Assembly: GCF_900187275.1 (NCBI RefSeq)
Contig: NZ_LT906458.1
Coordinates: forward strand, 900,001-932,000
Direction: 5' to 3'
DNA from: Pasteurella multocida
GTDB taxonomy: Bacteria; Pseudomonadota; Gammaproteobacteria; Enterobacterales; Pasteurellaceae
DNA: 32,000 nucleotides
The position numbers were made by a program, and so were the translations under genes. The notes under the pieces were generated by a model that saw nothing but the letters and a program-made list of their open reading frames with translations, was not told the DNA's origin and searched no databases. Below are positions 1 through 8,557 of the stretch, piece after piece; position 1 is the stretch's first letter; the number at the start of each line of letters is the position of its first letter.

Positions 1-2082
1 GATATTGATGCTCAACAAGTCACCTCTCAGTTAAAAGCGCAGATAGGGAGTATAAACTCACACTCAACTTCCCCCTTACCACCAATTGATTTTTCTATTC
101 CATTCGTTAACCAATGGCGCGTTGCAGGTATTTCTGAAAAAGGTACCTATATTCCCACACTTGAATTAAGCTTTTTTGAAAAATTTACAGAGCAAAATAC
201 CCTCGCTGCATATAAACAAGACTTGATTCAACAAATCCTGATTCGTCTGATAAATTTACGTTTACAAGATTGGGAACAAGTCAAACAGCAAAAAGTTGAA
301 TCAGCAAATTTTTACCGCACCCATTTAGGAAAAGAAACGCTACAAAATATTTTCTTGCTACAACTTTTTGATACTGACTACCAAAAAGCCACACAATCCT
401 TATTCCAATTTATCGCAGAAATTCAGCAACACGGCTTTTCTGCGCAAGAATTTCAACAAGAAAAAGCGCGGTTAGTCCAATTAAATGAAAAACAACGCAG
501 TCTCAAAGCTGGGAGTTTAAAAATCGCAGATGATCTCGTTATTTCTGCGGCAAATCAGCAAGTCGTGATAAGTCAACAAGATCGATATCGACTCAATCAA
601 CGCTTTTTGCAAGAAATCCGTTTAGAAGAACTGAATCAGGCATTTCAACATCTCATTACTATTCAAGCCAAACTCCTGTTAGTTACTCAACCTTATCCCG
701 CGACACCATTGACGTTAACGGTAAATAAAGTGGCACAGTTGTGGCAAGAAACACAGCATACTGCGCAACATACTTGGCATACACCTAGAACCTCTGGAAA
801 AATGCCTGCATTGTCCTTCCCTAAAGGGCAAATCAAACAAAGCAAACATTGGAAAAAAGGCGATATTACGGAATATCAATTAAGCAATGGAAGCAAATTG
901 ATTTACCATTATAGCGATAAAACACCCAATCAAGTGTATTTTAAAGCTGTTACAGCGGGAGGATTACGTTCTGTAGCCCCTAGTGATTACCATCGCTTTA
1001 AAAGTGCGGTGACATTAACTGATGATTCTGGTATTGGTCCATTAAGCTTGTCGGAAATCAATGATTTATTTCGCCAGCATCCTATCGCATTGGCGACTGT
1101 AGTTGATGACTATAAACAAGGTTTTACCGCAGTAGGAAAACCCGAACAAATGGCTGATTTACTCAAATTATTTCGCTTGAAATTACAAGGAACAGCAATT
1201 AGCGAACCCGTTTTTGAACGTTACCAAAAAGAAACTCAAGATTATTTCCGTCAAGTAGATAAAGAAACGGAATTTATGCAAAAATTATCACGTTTACGTT
1301 ATCCCAACATGGCCACAGTGTATAGCCAAAATAAAAAAGAAGCCTTATCGTTTTCTCGTCAGGAACTCACCCAATTCTATGACTCGGTGATGTTAGATAA
1401 AACGGATTTCACATATTTTCTTATTGGCGATCTCCCTCAACAAGAGGCAGAAAAGCTGGCACAAACGTATTTAGCCTCAGTAGAGATCAAACACTCACCT
1501 CGTCATTATTACGATAGTTCGCCTATCACACCCGCCAATCATTTTGTCATGCATGGCTTAGATGAACCACGTGCTGATGTCGAGATTTATTTCAGTACAC
1601 CGAATCAATGGACACCTGAACTACAATATCAGTTAGATCTCTTAGCAGATGTACTGCAAGAAGTGCTTCGCTTAACACTGCGAGAACAATCATCAGGTAT
1701 CTATGCTGTGAATAGTTGGTTTAATCAAGAAAAATCACATGCGCGCCTAGAGGGGAAAATTGAATTCAGTTGCGCCCCTGATCGCGTGGCAGAACTGACC
1801 GCACAAACGTACCATATTTTAGATGAAATCATGCAAAAAGGCGTTTCCGCCAGCTTATTAGAAAAGAAACGAAGTGAGAAACAAACACAAATCAAATTCC
1901 AATTTGATTCATTAGTGTCTATTGCCATGCTAATTGAACAAAGCTTTTGGCATACTCAAAGTCCAGATGAAATTTATCTGTATCAAAGACTCGAAGACAT
2001 TGGACAAAAAAAATACATAGATAATCTCGCAAGAAAAATATTTCAGCCAAATGCACGTTTTCAAGCCATCTTGCAGCCTTAA
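1..2082 (+). CDS. M16-family zinc protease, PqqL-like; C-terminal ~693 codons, 5' end lies upstream of the window
   Basis: Frame 1 is open from nt 1 (DIDAQQVTSQLKAQIG...), so the track's start at 223 (a TTG) is internal. Stop is TAA at 2080-2082. Blocks parallel the C-terminal half of E. coli PqqL as I recall it: YQLSNGSKLI vs WTLSNGARVV, RLTLREQSSGIYAVNS vs RVNIREQASGAYSVSS, FSCAPDRVAELT vs FTCQPERHDELL. Confidence 0.7.
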   Translation, partial: DIDAQQVTSQLKAQIGSINSHSTSPLPPIDFSIPFVNQWRVAGISEKGTYIPTLELSFFEKFTEQNTLAAYKQDLIQQILIRLINLRLQDWEQVKQQKVESANFYRTHLGKETLQNIFLLQLFDTDYQKATQSLFQFIAEIQQHGFSAQEFQQEKARLVQLNEKQRSLKAGSLKIADDLVISAANQQVVISQQDRYRLNQRFLQEIRLEELNQAFQHLITIQAKLLLVTQPYPATPLTLTVNKVAQLWQETQHTAQHTWHTPRTSGKMPALSFPKGQIKQSKHWKKGDITEYQLSNGSKLIYHYSDKTPNQVYFKAVTAGGLRSVAPSDYHRFKSAVTLTDDSGIGPLSLSEINDLFRQHPIALATVVDDYKQGFTAVGKPEQMADLLKLFRLKLQGTAISEPVFERYQKETQDYFRQVDKETEFMQKLSRLRYPNMATVYSQNKKEALSFSRQELTQFYDSVMLDKTDFTYFLIGDLPQQEAEKLAQTYLASVEIKHSPRHYYDSSPITPANHFVMHGLDEPRADVEIYFSTPNQWTPELQYQLDLLADVLQEVLRLTLREQSSGIYAVNSWFNQEKSHARLEGKIEFSCAPDRVAELTAQTYHILDEIMQKGVSASLLEKKRSEKQTQIKFQFDSLVSIAMLIEQSFWHTQSPDEIYLYQRLEDIGQKKYIDNLARKIFQPNARFQAILQP
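1002..1010 (+). repeat. Uptake signal sequence core (AAGTGCGGT), intragenic
   Basis: Exact 9-mer match. Confidence 0.8.
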
Positions 2083-2238
2083 TAATATTTAAACGCTATT
2101 TTAATATGTTTATTTATGTTAAGATCATCCTGACTTATTTTCTTGTATAACAAAATTTTTAATTAAATATATTTAATTAAAAATAAAATTAATAAAATGT
2201 TAATAAATTTAAAATATGGTTAAATTATAAACAAAAAC

Positions 2239-2254
2239 TGTGATGGATATCACA
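2239..2254. promoter_or_regulatory. CRP-binding site candidate upstream of the speF leader
   Basis: TGTGAtggataTCACA matches both half-sites of the TGTGA-N6-TCACA consensus exactly. It lies ~105-120 nt upstream of the leader ATG at 2360. Confidence 0.5.
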
Positions 2255-2265
2255 AATAAAAAAAT

Positions 2266-2282
2266 TTATCTTGAAAAGATAA
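2266..2282. promoter_or_regulatory. 7-bp perfect inverted repeat (TTATCTT gaa AAGATAA) overlapping a TTGAAA -35-like hexamer
   Basis: Read directly from the sequence. It sits between the CRP site and the leader ORF. Function is unknown, and chance is possible in this AT-rich DNA. Confidence 0.25.
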
Positions 2283-2359
2283 GGGAAATTAGCGAGACTA
2301 ATGACTAAATGAAAGTAAGGCAATCTAATGTTAAATAAATAATACACTTGGAGAGTTTT

Positions 2360-2521
2360 ATGTTAATACACGACTACTACAAAGAATATCATCCTGATAA
2401 AGGACGTTCCATTATGGCACATATTCGTAGAACAAGACATATTATGATGCCTTCGTATCGCTCTTGTTTTTCTTATTCAATCTTCAATTCCCAAATATCC
2501 TCATCTCATTACGCTCGCTGA
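2360..2521 (+). CDS. speFL: SpeFL-like leader (arrest) peptide of the speF-potE operon, 53 aa (35 aa if started at ATG 2414)
   Basis: Too short to appear in the ORF track. Sequence: MLIHDYYKEYHPDKGRSIMAHIRRTRHIMMPSYRSCFSYSIFNSQISSSHYAR*. GGAGAG lies 4 nt upstream of ATG 2360. It aligns without gaps to E. coli SpeFL (recalled as MENNSRTMPHIRRTTHIMKFAHRNSFDFHFFNAR) across M-x-HIRRTxHIM....R..F....FN. It contains the HIRRxxH motif, ends in Ala-Arg-stop, and lies 285 nt upstream of speF. Confidence 0.75.
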   Translation: MLIHDYYKEYHPDKGRSIMAHIRRTRHIMMPSYRSCFSYSIFNSQISSSHYAR

Positions 2522-2524
2522 GTG

Positions 2525-2576
2525 TAGCATCTAGAACTATCCTGCACCCTTTCGTACAGGCGAGTTGCTATTTTTT
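2525..2576 (+). terminator. Possible attenuator/terminator structure just after the leader stop
   Basis: TAGCATCT (2525-2532) can pair with AGTTGCTA (2563-2570) with one mismatch. The loop encloses a CCTG/CAGG mini-stem, and TTTTTT follows at 2571-2576. The large loop makes this a weak call. Confidence 0.2.
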
Positions 2577-2805
2577 AAATATAACTTGGCGTTTAAGAAT
2601 TTATTATTATTTTCTTATGCTTTTCTGTTGTATTTAAAATCACACATTATCATTAAAAAATAATTAATATATTTTTTAGTCCAACTCTTATTATCTAAAT
2701 ATAAATAATAAGAACTGAATTAATCAAAATATTAATTAAAATCCTGATCCGCCATTTAATAATAGCGGAGGGAATTTTATTACTTAAATAAACAAGGAGT
2801 CATCT

Positions 2806-4968
2806 ATGCTAAATTTAAAAATTGCATATAGCCCATTAATTCGACCTTATTTTCATACAAATAGAGAACTCGTTTCTGTTCAAGAAACAGATTTCACCGA
2901 CATTGGTGCAATTATCCTGAGTTCTGAAGATATTGAAGATTATATTGATAGTATACAAGCAACTGAATTTAATATTCCGGTCTTTGTTGCTGTCATTGAA
3001 GGTCAATTTTTAGATCCTCAATTCTTTGACAAAGTCTATCACGTTCAAGATCTCAACAACTACGACATCAACCTATACAGTCGCCAAATTGAAACTGCGG
3101 CGCGGTTTTACGAAGAAAAAATCCTCCCACCTTTCTTTAAAATGCTAAGTGAATATGTGGAAATGGGGAATTCTGCTTTTGATTGTCCAGGACACCAAGG
3201 TGGACAATATTTCCGTAAACATCCTGCAGGACGTTATCTCTATGATTTCTACGGTGAAAATATTTTCCGCTCAGATATCTGTAATGCCGATGTAAAATTA
3301 GGCGATTTGCTAATCCATGAAGGAGCCGCTTGTGATGCTCAAAAACACGCTGCTCAAGTCTTTAATGCTGATAAAACCTACTTCGTCTTAAATGGGACAT
3401 CTTCTGCAAATAAAGTCGTCACCAATGCGTTACTCACACCGGGTGATCTTGTGCTCTTTGATCGTAACAATCACAAATCTATCCATCATGGTGCATTAAT
3501 TCAAGCTGGTGCTACGCCTGTTTATTTGGAAACTGCGCGTAATCCATTTGGTTTTATCGGCGGGATCGATAGCCATTGTTTTGATGAAGATTATTTGAAA
3601 TCTTTAATTAAAGATGTTGCGCCTGAAAAATTAACACAAGCACGTCCTTTCCGTTTAGCCGTCATTCAGCTCGGCACTTATGACGGAACCATCTATAATG
3701 CGCGCCAAGTCGTAGATAAAATTGGTCATTTATGTGACTACATCTTGTTTGATTCTGCGTGGGTAGGTTATGAACAATTCATTCCAATGATGAAAGATTG
3801 CTCACCGCTCTTGCTTGAATTAAATGAAAATGATCCCGGCATCATCGTGACACAATCAGTACACAAACAACAAGCCGGCTTCTCACAAGCTTCACAAATT
3901 CATAAAAAAGACAAGCACATTAAAGGTCAACAGCGCTACTGTAATCATAAACGCTTTAATAATGCATTCATGTTACACGCCTCCACCAGCCCATTCTACC
4001 CTCTTTTTGCCACACTTGATGTCAATGCAAAAATTCAAGGTACCCCTGCGGGTATTCGTTTATGGCATGACTGTGTCAAAATCGGGATAGAAGCACGTAA
4101 AATGGTGCTGAATAGTTGTGATCTGATCAAACCGTTTATTCCGCCTTATGTCAATGGCAAAAAATGGCAAGACTACGATACAGAAGAAATGGCAAATGAT
4201 TTAACATTCTTCAAATTCCATGCTGATGATAAATGGCATCAATTTGAAGGTTATGTAGATAACCAATATTTTGTTGATCCATGTAAATTCATGCTAACGA
4301 CGCCGGGTATTGATATTGAAACAGGTGAATACGAAGACTTCGGTGTCCCTGCTACGATTCTTGCTAATTATTTACGTGAAAACGGCATTATTCCGGAAAA
4401 ATGTGACTTAAACTCAATTCTCTTCTTATTAACGCCAGCAGAAACCCTCACCAAAATGCAAAGTTTGGTTGCACAAATTGCGGCATTTGAACAACACATC
4501 AAAAAAGATTCCTTGTTAAAAGAAGTCTTACCAAGTGTTTATTACAACAATGAAAAACGCTATGAAGGTTATACCATCCGTCGTCTTTGCCAAGAAATGC
4601 ATGATTTGTATGTCAGCCGTAACGTGAAAACTTTACAACGCAACTTATTCAGAAAAGCAACCTTGCCTGAATATGTGATGAATCCACATCAAGCTAATCT
4701 TGAATTTGTTCGTAATCGTGTAGAACTGGTTCCACTAACCGAAATCGTTAATCGCATTGCGGCAGAAGGAGCACTTCCTTATCCACCGGGTGTGCTTTGT
4801 GTCGTACCGGGTGAAAAATGGAGTCAGACTGCACAGGAATATTTCTTAGCACTCGAAGAAGGCATCAATTTATTACCAGGTTTCGCACCAGAAATTCAAG
4901 GGGTATATCTACAACAAGATGCAGATGGACGTATTCGTGCTTATGGCTACGTATTAACTGAAAACTAA
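2806..4968 (+). CDS. speF: Inducible ornithine decarboxylase (PLP-dependent, fold-type I Orn/Lys/Arg decarboxylase)
   Basis: 720 aa, nearly colinear with E. coli SpeF, e.g. FDCPGHQGG, KTYFVLNGTSSANKVV, FDRNNHKS, and QSVHKQQAGFSQ carrying the PLP lysine. AAGGAG lies 6 nt upstream of the ATG, and potE follows directly. Confidence 0.97.
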   Translation: MLNLKIAYSPLIRPYFHTNRELVSVQETDFTDIGAIILSSEDIEDYIDSIQATEFNIPVFVAVIEGQFLDPQFFDKVYHVQDLNNYDINLYSRQIETAARFYEEKILPPFFKMLSEYVEMGNSAFDCPGHQGGQYFRKHPAGRYLYDFYGENIFRSDICNADVKLGDLLIHEGAACDAQKHAAQVFNADKTYFVLNGTSSANKVVTNALLTPGDLVLFDRNNHKSIHHGALIQAGATPVYLETARNPFGFIGGIDSHCFDEDYLKSLIKDVAPEKLTQARPFRLAVIQLGTYDGTIYNARQVVDKIGHLCDYILFDSAWVGYEQFIPMMKDCSPLLLELNENDPGIIVTQSVHKQQAGFSQASQIHKKDKHIKGQQRYCNHKRFNNAFMLHASTSPFYPLFATLDVNAKIQGTPAGIRLWHDCVKIGIEARKMVLNSCDLIKPFIPPYVNGKKWQDYDTEEMANDLTFFKFHADDKWHQFEGYVDNQYFVDPCKFMLTTPGIDIETGEYEDFGVPATILANYLRENGIIPEKCDLNSILFLLTPAETLTKMQSLVAQIAAFEQHIKKDSLLKEVLPSVYYNNEKRYEGYTIRRLCQEMHDLYVSRNVKTLQRNLFRKATLPEYVMNPHQANLEFVRNRVELVPLTEIVNRIAAEGALPYPPGVLCVVPGEKWSQTAQEYFLALEEGINLLPGFAPEIQGVYLQQDADGRIRAYGYVLTEN

Positions 4969-4980
4969 ATCATTAACTAA

Positions 4981-5010
4981 AAAAGTACAGTATGCATTTA
5001 CTGTACTTTT
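4981..5010 (+). other. Perfect 10-bp stem / 10-nt loop hairpin in the speF-potE intercistronic spacer
   Basis: AAAAGTACAG tatgcattta CTGTACTTTT. The T-run is part of the stem, and the potE SD (GAGGA 5013-5017) follows immediately. Confidence 0.5.
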
Positions 5011-5024
5011 ATGAGGATACAATT

Positions 5025-6338
5025 ATGAGTGCAAGAAATAATAAAATTGGTGTTGTTCAACTCACTATTCTTACTATGGTTAACATGATGGGCTCAGGCA
5101 TCATTATGTTACCCACAAAATTGGCAGAAATTGGTACCATTTCAATCTTATCGTGGTTAGTAACTGCCGTTGGTTCTACTGCACTGGCTTATGCCTTCGC
5201 ACAATGTGGTATGTTTAGCAAAAAATCCGGTGGTATGGGTGGCTATGCCGAATATGCTTTCGGTAAAGCAGGGAATTTCATGGCGAACTATACTTATGGT
5301 GTTTCATTGGTCATTGCTAACACAGCCATTGCGATTTCCGCAGTAGGTTATGGTTCCGAATTACTTGAGGTAAGCCTCTCCCCTGTTGCGATCGCTGGCT
5401 GGACAATTATCACTTTATGGCTTGCGACGTCCCTTAACTTTGGGGGAGCTCGTATTACAGGTAATATTAGTTCATTTACCATTTGGGGTGTCATTATTCC
5501 GGTGGTTGGTTTATGCATTATTGGCTGGAAATGGTTTGATGCCGACATGTATATCAATGCTTGGAACCCACATCATGTGCCGACGTTTGAAGCAATTGGG
5601 GTGTCTATTTCCATGACATTATGGGCATTCCTTGGCTTAGAATCTGCCTGTGCAAATACCGATGTGGTCGAAAATCCAGAACGTAACGTACCCATTGCGG
5701 TACTCGGCGGCACCTTAGGCGCAGCCGCGATCTATATCGTGTCAACCAATGTGATTGCCGGTATTGTACCGAATATGGATTTGGCTAATTCAACCGCGCC
5801 TTTCGGATTAGCTTTTGCTCATATGTTTAATGAAACAACGGGTAAAATTGTGATGGGCTTGATGGTACTCTCTTGCTTTGGTTCACTCCTCGGCTGGCAG
5901 TTCACCATTGCTCAAGTCTTCAGAAGCTCTGCTGAAGAAGGCTATTTCCCTGCCTTTTTCAAGAAAGTAACAAGCAAAGATGCACCAATCATCGGCATGG
6001 TGACAATTACAGTGATTCAAAGCTTGTTATCCTTAATGACGATCAGTCCATCCTTAAACAAACAATTTAATGTATTAGTGGATCTTGCCGTCGTCACGAA
6101 CGTTATCCCTTATATTCTTTCGATGGCTGCATTAATGGTGTTACAAAAAGTGGAAAAAGTCCCGGCACAGAAAGCAAAAATCACGACATTTGTCGCCTTT
6201 ATTGGCTCCGTGTACAGTATTTATGCACTCTATGCGGCAGGACAAGAACCGATGTTATATGGTTCAATTGCCACCTTTATTGGTTGGACACTATATGGTT
6301 TTGTGTCAGATAAATTTGATATAAAAGCCAAAGTCTAG
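5025..6338 (+). CDS. potE: Putrescine/ornithine antiporter (APC superfamily)
   Basis: MSARNNKIGVVQLTILTMVNMMGSGIIMLPTKLAE... is nearly identical in pattern to E. coli PotE. I moved the start from the track's 4992 to ATG 5025, which has GAGGA 7 nt upstream and matches the E. coli N-terminus. Confidence 0.95.
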   Translation: MSARNNKIGVVQLTILTMVNMMGSGIIMLPTKLAEIGTISILSWLVTAVGSTALAYAFAQCGMFSKKSGGMGGYAEYAFGKAGNFMANYTYGVSLVIANTAIAISAVGYGSELLEVSLSPVAIAGWTIITLWLATSLNFGGARITGNISSFTIWGVIIPVVGLCIIGWKWFDADMYINAWNPHHVPTFEAIGVSISMTLWAFLGLESACANTDVVENPERNVPIAVLGGTLGAAAIYIVSTNVIAGIVPNMDLANSTAPFGLAFAHMFNETTGKIVMGLMVLSCFGSLLGWQFTIAQVFRSSAEEGYFPAFFKKVTSKDAPIIGMVTITVIQSLLSLMTISPSLNKQFNVLVDLAVVTNVIPYILSMAALMVLQKVEKVPAQKAKITTFVAFIGSVYSIYALYAAGQEPMLYGSIATFIGWTLYGFVSDKFDIKAKV

Positions 6339-6361
6339 TTCCGCAGATAAGCTATTCTCTC

Positions 6362-6396
6362 AAAGTGCGATTTATTTCTTAAATCGCACTTTTTTA
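6362..6396 (+). terminator. Rho-independent terminator of speF-potE
   Basis: AAAGTGCGATTT (6362-6373) pairs with AAATCGCACTTT (6381-6392), followed by a T-run. The stem arm is a one-mismatch USS variant. Confidence 0.8.
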
Positions 6397-6463
6397 TAGC
6401 AATTCAATCTATCAAAGCAATTTCTCCTAGCCTTTTAATATAATTAAGGTATAATTTTCGATC

Positions 6464-6479
6464 GCGTAAACGTTTGCTC
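6464..6479. promoter_or_regulatory. LacI-family (PurR-like) operator candidate in the OTC 5' region
   Basis: gcGTAAACGTTTGCtc has one core mismatch to the GCAAACGTTTGC palindrome found upstream of purC in this window. It lies just downstream of a TATAAT hexamer at 6450-6455. Confidence 0.3.
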
Positions 6480-6520
6480 AAAATCCTACTATAAATTATC
6501 AATTCAAATGAGGAGAATAT

Positions 6521-7525
6521 ATGCCACTCAATTTACGTCATCGTCATTTCTTGCGTTTAATGGATTTCACGCCAACCGAAATTCAATTCCTACTCGACCT
6601 CTCTGCCAACTTAAAAAAAGCAAAATATACCGGAACAGAACAACCTCGTTTGAAAGGGAAAAATATTGCCTTAATTTTTGAGAAAACGTCAACACGCACG
6701 CGCTGTTCATTTGAAGTGGCAGCGTATGATCAAGGGGCAAATGTCACTTATATCGGTCCAAGTGGTTCACAAATTGGTCATAAAGAATCAATGAAAGACA
6801 CGGCTCGAGTTTTAGGCCGTATGTATGACGGAATTCAATATCGTGGTTATGGACAGGAATTAGTCGAGATTCTCGCACAGTACTCAGGCGTTCCTGTTTG
6901 GAATGGGTTAACTGATGATTTTCATCCAACACAAATTCTTGCTGATTTTCTGACAATGTTAGAACACGGTGAAGGCAAACGTCTTAATCAAATGAAAATG
7001 GCCTATTTGGGTGATGCCAGAAATAACATGGGAAATTCTTTTGTTGAAGGTGCGGCATTAATGGGCATGGATCTCCGTTTAGTCGCGCCTAAAGCCTATT
7101 GGCCAGAACAAAAACTGCTTGATGAGGTCGCAGAAATGGCGAAGAAAACTGGCGCAAAAATTACCTGTACAGAAAACGTAGAGGAAGGGGTGAAAGGTGT
7201 TGATTTCCTTTACACCGATATTTGGGTCTCCATGGGCGAGCCTGAAGAAGCCTGGGAACAGCGCATTAACTTAATGAAACCATACCAAGTCAACAAGGCG
7301 TTACTTGAAAAAACAGGTAATCCAAAAGTGAAATTTATGCACTGTTTGCCTGCTTTCCACGATGAAAATACAACGGTCGGTAAAGAAATGGCGCAAAAAT
7401 ATGGTATGAACGGTCTTGAAGTCACCGATGAGGTATTTGAATCAGATGCCTCCATCGTGTTTGATGAAGCAGAAAACCGTATGCATACAATTAAAGCAGT
7501 GATGGTGGCAACGTTAGGTCAGTAA
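6521..7525 (+). CDS. argF: Ornithine carbamoyltransferase
   Basis: 334 aa with the canonical [21 protein letters not shown] and HCLPAFH motifs. It is nearly colinear with E. coli ArgI/ArgF. GAGGAG lies upstream of the ATG. Confidence 0.95.
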   Translation: MPLNLRHRHFLRLMDFTPTEIQFLLDLSANLKKAKYTGTEQPRLKGKNIALIFEKTSTRTRCSFEVAAYDQGANVTYIGPSGSQIGHKESMKDTARVLGRMYDGIQYRGYGQELVEILAQYSGVPVWNGLTDDFHPTQILADFLTMLEHGEGKRLNQMKMAYLGDARNNMGNSFVEGAALMGMDLRLVAPKAYWPEQKLLDEVAEMAKKTGAKITCTENVEEGVKGVDFLYTDIWVSMGEPEEAWEQRINLMKPYQVNKALLEKTGNPKVKFMHCLPAFHDENTTVGKEMAQKYGMNGLEVTDEVFESDASIVFDEAENRMHTIKAVMVATLGQ

Positions 7526-7544
7526 GACGTTGTTCTTCTCATAA

Positions 7545-7585
7545 AAAATCCCCAAAAATGCACCGCACTTTTGGGGTTTTATTTT
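7545..7585. terminator. Bidirectional terminator between convergent OTC and DUF535 genes; contains a USS (ACCGCACTT 7562-7570)
   Basis: AAAATCCCCAAAA pairs with TTTTGGGGTTTT, with T-runs on both sides. Confidence 0.7.
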
Positions 7586-7594
7586 TAGTATCGG

Positions 7595-8467
7595 CTATGA
7601 AAGCTGTGTTGTGATTTGTTCCAACGCGTTATCAAACATCTCATAGCGTTTTCGATACATAGAACGTTTTTTACTTTGAATGTCTTCTAGCGGTTTTCGT
7701 TCAACATCAGCAGGAAGACACCAATATTCACCTTGTTTTACCGCATCATTTTCTTGCCAAAACTCATCGTAATTAAATAATAACCGCTCCGAATCATTCC
7801 AACGGTATTTTGCTTGCTGACGATGCGGAATCCCTAGTAATTGACAATCGAGTTGTTGAGCAAGAAAACGAAATCCATTCACGAGCATAAACATTGGGCG
7901 AACACCGTGTAGTTGCTTGGTTCCTACACGCACAATCTCTTGTGCATGTTCCCCTTTTGGTCCCTGAATAGAAGCGATTAATAGCTGCTTCTCTGACAAA
8001 AACGTAAACGAGGCATCATAAACACTTTGCTTTGTTTCTGTATTTTGGATATTTAAAGAGAAAAAGCCTTCAAAGGGATCAATCGTATTAATATTCAAAT
8101 TTAAGCTGAGTGAATCAGTGAGCGTAGCGAGTGTAAGCGTGCCTTTTGCCAATAAATGCTGACAACGTTCAACACCGAACTTCGCTGTCGCAACCATTAA
8201 ATTTGTTGTGATCGCCTGAAGTCGCTGTGAGCCTCCCCAGCGGCGATTACAATAGGTTGATAGTAAACCATTGACACGATAAGGATGCTGTTGAAATAGC
8301 GGTATCCAAAGGGGATGTTGATTTAAAAACTGATCAAACTGCCCACATTGTTTATGATAAAGTCGATACGCATATTGATAACGTAAATATTCTCTAAAAC
8401 GCTTTAATTTACGTTTTTCATGAGGGTACATTTGACTAAAATTGGGAAAAGAAAAAGCAGGTTGCAT
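7595..8467 (-). CDS. DUF535 / VirK / YbjX-family protein (function unknown)
   Basis: 290 aa. The block LLIASIQGPKGEHAQEIVRVGTKQLHGVRPMFMLV resembles the I-x-x-x-QG...TK..HG.RP core I recall for the VirK/YbjX family. This assignment rests on memory. Confidence 0.55.
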   Translation of the reverse strand: MQPAFSFPNFSQMYPHEKRKLKRFREYLRYQYAYRLYHKQCGQFDQFLNQHPLWIPLFQQHPYRVNGLLSTYCNRRWGGSQRLQAITTNLMVATAKFGVERCQHLLAKGTLTLATLTDSLSLNLNINTIDPFEGFFSLNIQNTETKQSVYDASFTFLSEKQLLIASIQGPKGEHAQEIVRVGTKQLHGVRPMFMLVNGFRFLAQQLDCQLLGIPHRQQAKYRWNDSERLLFNYDEFWQENDAVKQGEYWCLPADVERKPLEDIQSKKRSMYRKRYEMFDNALEQITTQLS

Positions 8468-8557
8468 AACAATATCGCTACGTGAGATGAATTTATGGCG
8501 GGCGATCTTAACAAAAAGCCCTTATCCTTTCAATAAATAAGGTCATATTCCCCATTT

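Noticed and set aside
1725-1928. Short nested or antisense ORFs: 1725-1928, 5348-5557, 5386-5616, 6744-6956, 7210-7455, 10109-10375, 10579-10764, 13205-13450, 16721-16906, 17357-17599, 18167-18370, 25433-25940, 26774-26962, 28115-28312, 28778-29005, 29482-29697, 31471-31699
   Set aside because: All overlap confidently assigned genes, and none has an SD or a recognisable motif. I treat them as noise.
2686-2713. 9-bp inverted repeat TCTTATTAT-N10-ATAATAAGA about 90 nt upstream of speF
   Set aside because: It is entirely A/T apart from one C/G pair and sits in a region of more than 80% A+T by eye, where such repeats arise by chance. It cannot be distinguished from background without comparative data.
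4992-5024. Track N-terminal extensions: potE from 4992, valS from 22389, the PEtN transferase from 16980, the YeeZ-like gene from 14361, tpx from 23556
   Set aside because: In each case a downstream ATG has a properly spaced SD and matches the homologue's N-terminus. The potE 4992 ATG sits in the loop of the intercistronic hairpin.
6397-6520. ARG boxes upstream of the ornithine carbamoyltransferase gene
   Set aside because: Only isolated ATTCA half-sites are present (near 6401 and 6497). No TGAAT-N4-ATTCA core has fewer than 3 mismatches.
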